Positions 36,990 through 47,061 of a DNA stretch of 48,081 nt are shown piece after piece. This DNA is from an uncultured Lachnospiraceae bacterium (lineage in GTDB: Bacteria; Bacillota; Clostridia; Lachnospirales; Lachnospiraceae), in the NCBI GenBank assembly GCA_948954545.1, contig CARCRR010000028.1, positions 1-48,081 on the forward strand, read 5' to 3'. Below the pieces are notes generated by a model. It had not been told where the DNA came from. It made no database searches and saw only the letters and a program-made list of their open reading frames with translations. The position numbers were made by a program, and so were the translations under genes. Position 1 is the stretch's first letter. Each line of letters opens with the position of its first letter.

Positions 36990-37237
36990 GTTTCGTTCCC
37001 CCTAGAAATAATGCCTCATAAACGTTTTTATTCCGCCTGTTGGCTTGTTCCTCCTGGAAACAATGCCTCACAAACATTTTTACTCTGCCTGCCGATCCAT
37101 TCCTCCTAAAAACAACACTCTGCAAAAATTCTCTATTCTGCCTATTGACGTATTTCTCCTGGATTAAACTATCTAAAATCACACAAAAACGGTTTTAGTC
37201 AACCAAAATACTGCGACTGTTCCGGTTGGAATACACA
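36990..37237. repeat. Degenerate tandem repeat, ~52-bp unit x ~3.5 (…CCTCCTGGAAACAATGCCTCACAAACATTTTTACTCTGCCTGCCGATCCATT…), filling the gap between family-3 units C and D.
   Basis: Read directly. Confidence 0.7.
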
Positions 37238-37377
37238 GCTGACACCACTGGATGAATCTCTGCAGGGGTATTGCTTCCCGCCGGCACTTAGGCACGGTCT
37301 TTTCGTGCCTTATGTGTCCGCTGCGAGGAAGCCTTAGTGCAAACGGCCCCAGCAGAGAATCATCCAGTGGTGTCAGC
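37238..37377 (-). repeat. Family-3 unit D, 140 bp. Outer arms GCTGACACCACTGGAT / ATCCAGTGGTGTCAGC; GAATC on both sides (= GATTC in the core's orientation).
   Basis: Same core in reverse orientation; it lies 75 nt past the addA stop codon. Confidence 0.85.
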
Positions 37378-37452
37378 GTCCCCCCAACAGAAAATCACCC
37401 AATGATGTCAGCGTCCCCCCAACATATATTCGTTTAAATTCAAATCATTCGC

Positions 37453-40400
37453 TTAAATTCGAATCTCTTTCCCCAATCCAAAAGAATACAATATCATCTC
37501 CCCAACTTCCTCCCCCGTCATCTGCTCCAATGCCATTTTATAAAGTTCAAACTGCCTCTCATACCGCATCACCAGCACTTCCTCCTGCCCTTCATAAACT
37601 GCATCTGTCTTATAATCCAACAGTACCAACTTTCCCTCCTCTTCAAAATAAACATCAATCACCCCCTGCAGTAAAATTAACTCCTGACTCTCTGTCTCCC
37701 GATATAACTTCCAAGCAGGAATCCCCACTACAAACTGCGTCTCCCGATAAATCTGCCCTCTCTTTTCCGCTTCCCGCATCCGCTTTGCCGTCTGAGAAGT
37801 TAAAAACGCCACAATTCTCTGATTCCAAATCAACTTAGCATTTTCTTTTGAAAGTTTCTTTTCCTCCACTAACTGCCGCTTTAACTGCCCGATTCGTTTT
37901 GAAATCTCGTTCTCTTCCATTCCGTCAAATTCTGCTAAATTCATATTTTCTAAAAAAATATGATAGGCGGTTCCTCGTGTTGCTCCTCCCACACCTTCTA
38001 ATTTTCCCTGCATAAATTTCGGCAGAATCTCTTCTTTTTGTTCGATTAATAATGCCGTATCTTCTTCTGCTTCCATTTCTCTTTGATTCAAACGTTTCTG
38101 CTCCGATACGGAAGTTTTTGCATAAAGTGACATTTCTTTCTGATAAGGATACAGATAAGAAAACCTCTTTTCTATCTCTTCTCTTAACTGAGGATCAAAA
38201 CATTGCGAAAAATCCAGTTTCTTCTGATAATCGGATAAATCCATATTTTCTTTCTGCCGCAGAATCTCTCCCTCCGCAACTCCCTTTGGTGTATAAAATG
38301 TAACTTCACAACTTTCTTTTGTGATCGCTGGTACAATCCAATCTAGATAGGACTCTGCTTTTGCAAGGGAAGCATAGGACAGTGCCGCTCCTCCATTTGT
38401 TTCTCTCCGCCACTTTTCATATCGTTCTGTCATCTTATCTGTTACACCGGTTAAAATCAGCTTTTCTTTTGCCCTTGTCAGTGCTACATATAAAATCCGC
38501 AGTTCTTCTCCAAGGTTTTCTAAACGAATACTTTTTTGAATAATTCGCTTGATTAAAACAGGAGCTTTCGTTCTGCGTTCATAATTTACAAAATCTAATC
38601 CCACTCCTAAGTCGGGATGAATCACTGCTTTCTGCATAGCATCCATTTGATTAATCTTTTTTCCCATTCCGGCTACAATAACAATCGGAAATTCCAGTCC
38701 TTTGCTCTTATGGATACTCATAATCCGAACGGTGTTGTCCTGTTCATTTACAATCGATGCTTCTCCGAAGTCCACCTCATATTGGTTGAGTTTTTCAATA
38801 TAGCGGATAAAGTGAAAGACACCCCGATAACTGGTTGCTTCAAAGGCAATAGCTTTTTCTAACAGCATATCTAAATTCATTCTTCGTTTTGTTCCTGCCG
38901 GCATGGAAGCGGCATAATCTCCATAGCCTGTTACTTTTAAGACTAATCGTATTAATTCATGAATAGGGGTACATGCTGCTTGATCCCGGAAATATTCTAA
39001 CTGTTCTAAAAATGCTTTTACTTTTTTATCTAGTTCTTCTTCTCCAACCGGAGAAAGCAGTGCTTCATAGAGATCTCCCTCTAGATGAGCCGAGCGGATC
39101 TTTGCCAGTTCTAAGCTGCTGAAATGTCCAATCGGCGAGTGCAGAACCCCTGCTAATGGAATGTCCTGTCTGGGATTGTCAATAATTCTTAATAGGTTTA
39201 ATACCGTCTGTACTTCCAAGGCGGTAAAATATCCGGTCTGGGACTGGGTATGGGCAGGAATTCCTTCTTCCATGCAGATCGTTACAATCGTCTCTCCCCA
39301 TCCTGCTACTGTACGCAAAAGGACAACAATATCCCTGTACTGTGCAGTCCGATAGGTACCCGACTTTTTGTCTAGAACTTTCAGACCGGTATCTGGATGG
39401 GTCAGTCTTCGAATCTGACCGGCTATTACCTTTGCTTCCATTACCAGGGCTGTCATTTCTGCCGTTACCAGATCGGTGGTATCCTCTTCTTGGGATTTAT
39501 TGATCAGCAGTAACTCGGTCTTTCGCTCCTGTGCTTCTGAACCGCCTTCTGGAAATGCTGCTCCTGGATAGAGTGCTGCTGCATTGTCATAGGTTACGCC
39601 TCCTAATTCTTTCCGCATAATCTGATAAAAGATATCATTTACGCTCTGTAAGACCTCTGGACGGCTGCGGAAGTTTTTATGGAGATCAATTTTTTGATAA
39701 TTGCTTTCTTCTGTGGTATATGTCTGATATTTTTCCACAAAAAGCTCGGGTCTTGCTAAACGAAACTTATAGATGCTTTGTTTTACATCTCCTACCATAA
39801 AGACATTGGGAATTTCTTCCTGATAACGGGAAACGCTAAATAAAATTGCCTCCTGCACTAAATTGCTGTCCTGATATTCATCAATCATAATCTCTGTAAA
39901 CTGATCCCGATATTCTTTTGCAATCAGTGACGGCACTCTTCCCTCTTTTGTCTGTTCAGTCAGGATATTAAGTGCCAAATGTTCTACATCCGAAAAATCC
40001 ATTAAATTGCGTTCCCTTTTTTTTGCCTGATATCTGGTATGAAAGTCTAATGTCAGCCTTACCATTACCGCCATAGTCTTGCTTACATTTGCCATATTTT
40101 CCAGCATCTTATCGATTGGCTGAAAATAGAACTGCTTTCCGATTCCCCGAATTTCCTCTTTGATTCGATCTCGAATCTCTTTGACTCTTGCCTTTTTTTC
40201 AGCATCGATCGAGGAATCTTTTTTTGAGGATAAGCGGATAAAGTTTACTTCTTTTAAAGCCTTTCCAAAACTTTGATAGGATTTGCACTGTACTAATTTT
40301 TCTAAATAATAGAAATCTGACTCAATAGCTGGAAGATACTGATAGGGACCTCTCTCCTGGCTGCAGATCTGTTTTGCCAGATCCAACTGACTGCAGCAGT

Positions 40401-41133
40401 CCGTGATGAGTTTTTTTAGATATTCCATTAAAAACTGTACGGATTTGGTCTGCTCTAATGCTTTTCTATAAGCCTGTTCCATTGTTTTTTGTTCTTCCTG
40501 ATCCAAAACTTCTTCCTCGGCTTGTTCCTCCATAGGGTATTCATTTAAACAGCCTTTTAGCCATTCCTCCGGATCGGGATAACTCATTGCAAATTCATAG
40601 AGCCGCAAAATCAAGTCTTCTAATCCGCTGTCATTTTTTCCGGTTGAATAACTCTCTACAAAATGAAAAAACTCCGGATCTGCCTCGCTGTAATAATCCT
40701 CTAACAGTCCTGCTACTACATCTGATTTTAACAGTTTTCGCTCCCCCTCATCTCCAATTCGAAAAGAGGGATCAAAGTCTAACAGATCAAAGTGATCTCG
40801 AATCACACTCAGACAAAAACTGTCAATTGTCATAATTTGTGCCGTATGAACTAATGTCTGCTGTCTCTGTAAATGGGCATCTTCTGGGGCATCTTCTAAC
40901 GCTCGTTCAATAGCAGAAGTAATTCGTTCTCTCATCTCTGCAGCCGCAGCATTGGTAAATGTAACAATTAAAAGCCGGTCAATATCCACCGGATTCTCCC
41001 GATCTGTAATCATCTGAATAATTCGTTCTACCAAAACGGCTGTTTTTCCTGAACCTGCCGCTGCCGAAACCAAAATTGCCCTATTCCTTAAATAGATAAC
41101 CTGTTCCTGTTCCTTTGTCCAATTTACTGCCAC
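37453..41133 (-). CDS. addA: ATP-dependent helicase/nuclease subunit A (AddA).
   Basis: UvrD-like Walker A AAAGSGKTAVLVERI, 1226 aa, C-terminal RecB-like nuclease (…LLQGVIDVYF…LLDYKTD). Confidence 0.95.
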   Translation of the reverse strand: MAVNWTKEQEQVIYLRNRAILVSAAAGSGKTAVLVERIIQMITDRENPVDIDRLLIVTFTNAAAAEMRERITSAIERALEDAPEDAHLQRQQTLVHTAQIMTIDSFCLSVIRDHFDLLDFDPSFRIGDEGERKLLKSDVVAGLLEDYYSEADPEFFHFVESYSTGKNDSGLEDLILRLYEFAMSYPDPEEWLKGCLNEYPMEEQAEEEVLDQEEQKTMEQAYRKALEQTKSVQFLMEYLKKLITDCCSQLDLAKQICSQERGPYQYLPAIESDFYYLEKLVQCKSYQSFGKALKEVNFIRLSSKKDSSIDAEKKARVKEIRDRIKEEIRGIGKQFYFQPIDKMLENMANVSKTMAVMVRLTLDFHTRYQAKKRERNLMDFSDVEHLALNILTEQTKEGRVPSLIAKEYRDQFTEIMIDEYQDSNLVQEAILFSVSRYQEEIPNVFMVGDVKQSIYKFRLARPELFVEKYQTYTTEESNYQKIDLHKNFRSRPEVLQSVNDIFYQIMRKELGGVTYDNAAALYPGAAFPEGGSEAQERKTELLLINKSQEEDTTDLVTAEMTALVMEAKVIAGQIRRLTHPDTGLKVLDKKSGTYRTAQYRDIVVLLRTVAGWGETIVTICMEEGIPAHTQSQTGYFTALEVQTVLNLLRIIDNPRQDIPLAGVLHSPIGHFSSLELAKIRSAHLEGDLYEALLSPVGEEELDKKVKAFLEQLEYFRDQAACTPIHELIRLVLKVTGYGDYAASMPAGTKRRMNLDMLLEKAIAFEATSYRGVFHFIRYIEKLNQYEVDFGEASIVNEQDNTVRIMSIHKSKGLEFPIVIVAGMGKKINQMDAMQKAVIHPDLGVGLDFVNYERRTKAPVLIKRIIQKSIRLENLGEELRILYVALTRAKEKLILTGVTDKMTERYEKWRRETNGGAALSYASLAKAESYLDWIVPAITKESCEVTFYTPKGVAEGEILRQKENMDLSDYQKKLDFSQCFDPQLREEIEKRFSYLYPYQKEMSLYAKTSVSEQKRLNQREMEAEEDTALLIEQKEEILPKFMQGKLEGVGGATRGTAYHIFLENMNLAEFDGMEENEISKRIGQLKRQLVEEKKLSKENAKLIWNQRIVAFLTSQTAKRMREAEKRGQIYRETQFVVGIPAWKLYRETESQELILLQGVIDVYFEEEGKLVLLDYKTDAVYEGQEEVLVMRYERQFELYKMALEQMTGEEVGEMILYSFGLGKEIRI

Positions 41134-44100
41134 TCTTCTCCCTCCTCTATCCGAATCATTTGTCCCGCTGCTTCTTCTACTTCTTTCTGCATCTTTTGTA
41201 AAATATCCTCATTGTCCATCTCATGCAGTCTTCGGTATTCATATCCTGTACTCTTTTCGTCAAATCCGCAGACCTCCCGAAATTCACAGTAATCGCATCC
41301 GGTTTCGGTTCCCTTCCGATAAGGAGAAATCTGTGTATTTCCATCTAATATTTCTGCTCCCATTTGGCGTATCCGATTTCGTACATAAGCGGATACTGCT
41401 TCAAACTGCCTGGTATCAACAGCAGAAGAATTTTTACTTAAACTTCCATCTTTATTATAACTAATCGGAATGACATCAGAATGTTTATCCATAGAGGAAT
41501 CTAAAAGTGCAATTACTTCCGATGCACGGTTGACTAATCCGTTCATCTTTAGCTTAGAAAGCAGTTCCCTTTCAATCTGTTCCTCCCCCATCTCTTCTGT
41601 CTCTTCAATTACCGGATCTTTAATATTATAATAAAAAATTCCTGCAGGAATCACGGTTTTCTCCACCCGCTTCCGCTGTTCTGTCTCCATTGCCGCTTCC
41701 ATATAAACTACTAGCTGAATCTGCAGACCATAGTAGACCGAGGACAGATTAAATTCAGCAACCCCAGATTTATAATCAATTACTTTAATATAGATATGTT
41801 CTTCATCCTCATAGAGATCCATCCGATCCAACCGTCCGGCAAGGTACATATTTTCCTGATCCGAAATCGGAATCGTAAGAGCATCTAACTGATCCGCAGG
41901 AGAAAAAAAGACCTCATAATTAACTGGCTCAAACTTTCCTTTCTGCAGCTGTTTCTTCAATGCCCAGACTGTCCGATTTACAATCCTCTCTAATCGATCA
42001 ATAAAATAAGCATTTCTTGCCGTACTCTGCAGCACATGATTTCCATAGTCAGCGGACGCCTCCTCCACAGATTCTTTTACCATCTTCTGCTGATCTTCTG
42101 GCGTTACCATACTCCATTTCATCCCGTTTTCCTTTATCTTATTCGAATAACGCTCAATCGAATTATGAAACAGATTTCCCATATCCACCGCTGCCATTTC
42201 AAATTCCTGACGTTTTGCAAGCCGAAGCCCATAGGTTAAAAAATGAGCAAATGCACAGGCAGCATAACGTTCTAACCGGGTTACACTATTAATCGGCTGC
42301 GGTCCATACAGTGCCGCCGCTGCCAGCTTTCCTATTCCGCTTTCGGTATTGTGATAGGAAACCGCTTCAAATAGCTGATCCATTCGCCCCTTCCAATTTT
42401 CTTGTCCCGCATACCAAGAAGTCAGTTCCAAAAAAATGGGATCGGCATTCTGCTGAATCGGATTTTGGCTAAATTCTAACAGCTTCGAAATCCAATAGTG
42501 TAATGTCCCCTCTGGTGTTGTAATCTGCTGCAGCTCTTTCTCTCTCTTTTCCTCGTCCACCTGCTCCAGTGCCGGAAATAATTTTTCTATCGTATAGACT
42601 AAATAAGAGGGACGAATTGCTTCACCCGCCTGCGTATTTCTGCTGTAACTTAAATACAGCCGTTCAGAAGGCTTGGTCAGATTCAGATACAGATAGAACT
42701 TCTGAATATAGGCATTTTCTTTTTGCGTAGGAGAAAGCGTAATCTTCTCTTCTTTTAAAAACTGCCGCTCCATCTGTGAGAACATCCCCCCTTTTCCACT
42801 GTTCTTAGGAATAATCCCGTCATTTAATCCCAAAAAGAACAAAACCCGAATTTCATTCAGACGAGTCCGCTCCATATCTCCAATTAAAATCTGATCGATC
42901 GAAGGAGGAATCAATCCCACTTTTAATTCTTCAAATCCCGCGTCCAAAATCCCGTTTAACTCCTGTGCCGAAATCTGTTCCTCTCCCAGCAGTCCCACCA
43001 CTTTATCAAATAATTCCATTACTAACGGATAGACCTGCTTATATTCTTTTTCCTTTGCCAAATGCCCCTGCTCCCGAAATGTACTCTCATATGCTTCCAT
43101 TTTCTCCTGCAGACCGATTTCCTTTAAAAACCCATATAATGCTTCTATCTTTTCCTTTACGGTTCCTTTTTTCCGCTTCCAGACAGAAGAAAGGGTCTGA
43201 ATCGGCAGCAGCACTGCCTCCCGAAGCTGATTCATCCGCTCTAACTCAAGCGGCTCGTCCTTTTTCATACTGCGTACCCAAAGTTTTTCCCACTGTCTCT
43301 GTCCCCGAATCCCCATAGCCAGACAATAATTTTCCAATAAATCTACATCTTCCCGTGCAATCGAAGTCATATTGCTTTTTAAATAACGAAAAACACTCTC
43401 ATAAGAAAAATTATCTGCTATCATCTCCAATGTACTGCGAATAAACTCCACACAAGGATTTCCCATCATTCCCTTTTTCTGATCGACAAAATAAGGAAGC
43501 TGATTTTCATTTAACACTTCCTCTAAACTATCCCGATATCCTTCCAAATCCCCTGCTATAATTGCAATATCTCGATAGCGGTACCCCCGTTCCCGTACTA
43601 AATTGACAATCTCTCTGGCAACATATGCCGCCTCTTTTGCCGGATTCCCCGCTACATGAATCGATACTGCCTCCTGCTTTTTCTTATAAGCCAGATAGGG
43701 ATAACGAAATAAATTCCTCTCCAGCCAAAAAAGTGCCTCTGCCTGCCGGAATCGGTGATGTTCCTCCCCTGTCAGTACAATATCCTTCTCTTTAGGAATC
43801 TGCCGTTCCTCCGCCAAACGGATCAGATGGGAGATCATCTCTTTACTCATATGAAATAATTCCTGCTCCCCGCCAATCCGATAGGGATTTTCCCGTGCAT
43901 CTATTGTAACTGTCAGAGTTACTTTAGGAGAAAGCATCAATAACAATCCAATCAACTGATACTGAATCGGTGTAAAACCAGTAAAACCATCCAGCCAGAC
44001 ACTGCTTCTCTTTACCATATTAGACTCTGGTATCACTCGACAAAGCACATCTAACTGCTCCTCTTTTGTAATATAATGCTCCTTTGTAAACCGTTCAAAT

Positions 44101-44594
44101 TCCTGTATAATAACCTGCATATCGCTTAACTTCGCATAAAGCATCGGTTTCTTTTTCGCACATGCCAGCATTTTCTCCTGCTCTTCTTCCCGAATTCCAT
44201 ACTGATAAAATTCCGATACAACCGATTTTATCTCACTTACCATCCCCGGTGTATGCCGTTTCTGCCCATAAAGTTTTAACTCTTCCTTCTTATTCTCCAG
44301 CACCTTCCGAAGCAGCAGATTTTTTCCGGTATCATCCAAAACGGGAAGCTGTGCCGCTCCCACTTCCGATAAAACCCGATAGGAAAGCCGCCCAAAACTT
44401 AAAATATCAATATTCATCACACCATGTCTGGGATGAAGTTCTACAATATCCTTCTGTGTTTGCATAGAAAATTGTTCTGGTACAATTAATAGAAAATTTT
44501 TCTCTGGATGTTCCATAGACTCCCGAATTAATTCCTGATATAAATATCTCGATTTTCCCGAACCAGAACCGCCTAAAATCAGTTGTAATGACAT
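41124..44594 (-). CDS. addB: ATP-dependent helicase/nuclease subunit B (AddB).
   Basis: N-terminal Walker A GGSGSGKS, 1156 aa, and C-terminal Fe-S cysteines (…CDYCEFREVCGFD). Confidence 0.95.
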   Translation of the reverse strand: MSLQLILGGSGSGKSRYLYQELIRESMEHPEKNFLLIVPEQFSMQTQKDIVELHPRHGVMNIDILSFGRLSYRVLSEVGAAQLPVLDDTGKNLLLRKVLENKKEELKLYGQKRHTPGMVSEIKSVVSEFYQYGIREEEQEKMLACAKKKPMLYAKLSDMQVIIQEFERFTKEHYITKEEQLDVLCRVIPESNMVKRSSVWLDGFTGFTPIQYQLIGLLLMLSPKVTLTVTIDARENPYRIGGEQELFHMSKEMISHLIRLAEERQIPKEKDIVLTGEEHHRFRQAEALFWLERNLFRYPYLAYKKKQEAVSIHVAGNPAKEAAYVAREIVNLVRERGYRYRDIAIIAGDLEGYRDSLEEVLNENQLPYFVDQKKGMMGNPCVEFIRSTLEMIADNFSYESVFRYLKSNMTSIAREDVDLLENYCLAMGIRGQRQWEKLWVRSMKKDEPLELERMNQLREAVLLPIQTLSSVWKRKKGTVKEKIEALYGFLKEIGLQEKMEAYESTFREQGHLAKEKEYKQVYPLVMELFDKVVGLLGEEQISAQELNGILDAGFEELKVGLIPPSIDQILIGDMERTRLNEIRVLFFLGLNDGIIPKNSGKGGMFSQMERQFLKEEKITLSPTQKENAYIQKFYLYLNLTKPSERLYLSYSRNTQAGEAIRPSYLVYTIEKLFPALEQVDEEKREKELQQITTPEGTLHYWISKLLEFSQNPIQQNADPIFLELTSWYAGQENWKGRMDQLFEAVSYHNTESGIGKLAAAALYGPQPINSVTRLERYAACAFAHFLTYGLRLAKRQEFEMAAVDMGNLFHNSIERYSNKIKENGMKWSMVTPEDQQKMVKESVEEASADYGNHVLQSTARNAYFIDRLERIVNRTVWALKKQLQKGKFEPVNYEVFFSPADQLDALTIPISDQENMYLAGRLDRMDLYEDEEHIYIKVIDYKSGVAEFNLSSVYYGLQIQLVVYMEAAMETEQRKRVEKTVIPAGIFYYNIKDPVIEETEEMGEEQIERELLSKLKMNGLVNRASEVIALLDSSMDKHSDVIPISYNKDGSLSKNSSAVDTRQFEAVSAYVRNRIRQMGAEILDGNTQISPYRKGTETGCDYCEFREVCGFDEKSTGYEYRRLHEMDNEDILQKMQKEVEEAAGQMIRIEEGEEWQ

Positions 44595-44724
44595 GAAATC
44601 CCTCCTTTGTTTATTCCAGTCAGCTATAAAAATTCTTATTTTCTATTATAACATACCATCTAAAAAGATACCACCTTTTCAGACAGCAGAAGAAACTCAT
44701 ATCCAAAAAAATTCCCCGGAAATA

Positions 44725-44960
44725 ACGCCAGAGTACTTGAAAGGGAACTGTTCCGCTCTCCGAAAAGCAGAAGCTCTAAGACTTCTGAATCTAGGCATAT
44801 CCAACCGGACGGATCGGGGTGCAATTCGCCCGTACAGCGGGCTAAACACACCCCTTTTTTTGCCATTCGAGAATGGCAAAAAATCCTAGTGGATTGACAG
44901 AAGTCTAAGAGCTTCTAACTTTCCTCCGAAGTCACAGTTCCCTTTCAAGTACTCTGGCTG
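44725..44960 (-). repeat. Family-1 foldback element, copy 5 (reverse orientation).
   Basis: Termini ACGCCAGAGT…ACTCTGGCTG; self-complementary variable segment ACTTGAAAGGGAACTG / CAGTTCCCTTTCAAGT. Confidence 0.85.
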
Positions 44961-45070
44961 TATTGTCTCACAATCTACTTTTTTCTCTTTGCTCCAGTAT
45001 ATTCTTATTTTTTTTCGTTAAATTTCCTTCTTTCTTTTTTTATTAAAAATAATTTTAGAATTTTTGCATT

Positions 45071-45112
45071 GGTCAAATCGGATATTCGCAATCCGCTTTG
45101 ACTATCCCTATC
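45071..45112 (+). repeat. Family-2 repeat, left module only (solo fragment).
   Basis: GGTCAAATCGGATATTCGCAATCCGCTTTGAC. Confidence 0.6.
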
Positions 45113-45454
45113 AGACAGTTCTCTATATCAGCCGTAATCATTTTATGCCTGTATTTTATACACCAAACAATATGATATTGGATGGAATATACCTATCCAC
45201 GTCCATGAGTCACTTCCATATAGAATCACCTCGTTATACAAACGATAATAGATGTATGTTGTTATATCAATTATTTTTAATATTATTACTTGAAATTTAA
45301 TTAACATCTGTGAACAATTCATCCCACGACTAAATGCTCATGTACGGTAAAGAAGCAAGCAACCGAAAACAAGAGATAGACCGCCAGCACCACACTATTC
45401 CGAACCAAAGGCCAAAAGACAAGCATGATGGAATCCCTCTCTCATTCCTTTATG

Positions 45455-45862
45455 TCAAAAAGATTTTCCGCTGTTTTCCGTTCCCCATTGACACATACTT
45501 TCCATAATGGGGAGGAGGGAACGTCCTTTATTTGAAAGACTATACTCAACTTTTGGTGGTATCTGCGGATATTCTTTACGGATAATAAGCCCGTCTGCTT
45601 CCAATGCCTTTAACTCTGTACTTAATGTTTTGTAGGTGATTGTTCCGATTTTTCGTTGTAGTTCGTTAAAACGTATTGTGTCGTATTCAACGAGCCAATA
45701 GAGAATAACCAGCCGCCATTTTCCACCAATCATAGACAATGTATAGCCAAAAGGAGTATCAGTCAAAGAAACAATTCTCTTTTCAAATTTTTCCATGCTC
45801 ATATAGGTACTTTCCTTAAAGATAGTATTTGTCAAAAAAGTGCGTACTTGTCTTTTTGACAT
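45455..45862 (-). CDS. HxlR-family (MarR-like) transcriptional regulator.
   Basis: GGKWRLVILYWL…IRFNELQRKIGTITYKTLSTELKALEADGLI winged-helix signature. It is divergent from a flavin reductase gene, the typical arrangement. Confidence 0.8.
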   Translation of the reverse strand: MSKRQVRTFLTNTIFKESTYMSMEKFEKRIVSLTDTPFGYTLSMIGGKWRLVILYWLVEYDTIRFNELQRKIGTITYKTLSTELKALEADGLIIRKEYPQIPPKVEYSLSNKGRSLLPIMESMCQWGTENSGKSF

Positions 45863-45913
45863 TGCGAATATAGAATAGCATAAAGAACAATATTTAGCAA
45901 GGGAGTAAAAAGC

Positions 45914-46655
45914 ATGAAAAGAATAATGGTTATTTTAGGCGGCGGGCGTGTCAATGGAAATACATCACAGTTAGCAGAAGCATTTATGAACGGAGCTAAA
46001 GAAGCCGGACACCAAGTAGAGATGGTATCATTGAACAAACTGAATGTAAATGGCTGCATAGGCTGTAATGCCTGTCACTATGGTAAATCTTGTGTACAAA
46101 AAGATGATTTTAACCTCATCAAGGAAGTCCCCCGCTTCTAAGTCGCCAAGGCGAAAGCGGTGGGTTGGGACTTCCTTGTTTCAGTGGGAGTGCAGACTCC
46201 CACTGAAAAGCTGCGATAGTAGCTATGAGGTTATGAGCAAGTAGCGAAGCGGATTGCGAATATCCGATTTGACTTCACTTGTTCCAAAGATAAAAACGGC
46301 GGATTTAATCGTATTTGCGTCACCTTTATATTTCTGGACTGTATCATCAAAAATTAAAGCATTTATTGAACGTTTTTACTGTATAGCAGAAAAAGACGAG
46401 AATCCACCTTTGGGACGATATGAGAAATATCCCATACATGATTGTGCTTTGCTTATGACTTCCGCTGATAACTTTTTTTGGACGTTTGAGCAGGCTGTTT
46501 CTTACTATAAGTTTACATTGATAAACTATATCGGTTTTTACGATAAAGGTATGTTGCTTGCTGGTGGTTGTGGTGAAACAAACGGGAAACCTCAGATTTC
46601 AAAAACCACTCATTTAAGGGAAGCATATGAATTTGGAAAAGCAATTTACGAATAA
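45914..46655 (+). pseudogene. NAD(P)H-dependent FMN reductase / flavodoxin-like fold gene interrupted by a 163-bp family-2 element (at 46112-46274).
   Basis: The two ORFs 45914..46141 and 46254..46655 are N- and C-terminal halves of one protein (…CIGCNACHYGKSCVQKDDF | SLVPKIKTADLIVFASPLYFW…). Deleting 46112-46274 fuses them in frame. Confidence 0.8.
46112..46274 (-). mobile_element. Family-2 element (three-module variant) inserted within a coding sequence.
   Basis: The reverse complement reads GAAGTCAAATCGGATATTCGCAATCCGCTTCGCTACTTGCTCATAACCTCAT + middle hairpin CAGTGGGAGTCTGCACTCCCACTG + …GGGACTTCCTTGATGAGGTTA. Confidence 0.75.
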
Positions 46656-46675
46656 ATGAAAAGGGGCTTTGAAAA

Positions 46676-46993
46676 ATGATGAAGAAATGTAAATTAACTA
46701 TCTTGAAAACAACGCTTCAAGAAGATTTAGCAAAGGAATATGGCATTCCCAATTTAAGCATATGTCCTTTGATGAAAGAAGGACAGGTATTCTATGCCGA
46801 CTATGCGAAGCCGGAGGGCTTTTGTGATGAAGCATGGAAAGCTATCTATCAGTATGTATTTGCATTGGCAAATGGTGCAGAAGGTTGGTACTCTGATGAT
46901 TGGATTGACCCCAAGCATAAAGGTGTGGCAATTTGTTCATGCAATGACGGATTAAGACCTGTAATTATCAAAGTTGAACGAGTTAATAAATAA
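46676..46993 (+). CDS. Small Cys-containing conserved hypothetical protein (105 aa).
   Basis: ORF with an RBS; C-x-x-x…C-x-C pattern (ICPLMKEG…FCDEAW…ICSCNDG). May resemble the TIGR04076 family, but this was not verified. Confidence 0.45.
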   Translation: MMKKCKLTILKTTLQEDLAKEYGIPNLSICPLMKEGQVFYADYAKPEGFCDEAWKAIYQYVFALANGAEGWYSDDWIDPKHKGVAICSCNDGLRPVIIKVERVNK

Positions 46994-47061
46994 TCGAAAG
47001 ATTATATAAATGCAACCGTAAACCATGCAACACCCTATGTGGGAGAAAGGGGGAATCGTTT

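Noticed and set aside
22973-37377. Family-3 core as a hammerhead, twister or other known self-cleaving ribozyme.
   Set aside because: No CUGAUGA…GAAA hammerhead core or other ribozyme consensus that I can recall is present in either orientation. Left open only as an unspecified structured-RNA possibility.
46112-46274. The 163-bp interruption in the flavodoxin gene as a self-splicing intron or intein.
   Set aside because: It is too short for a group I or II intron and has no ribozyme domains. Its length is not a multiple of 3 and it introduces a stop. It is a copy of a multi-copy intergenic repeat.
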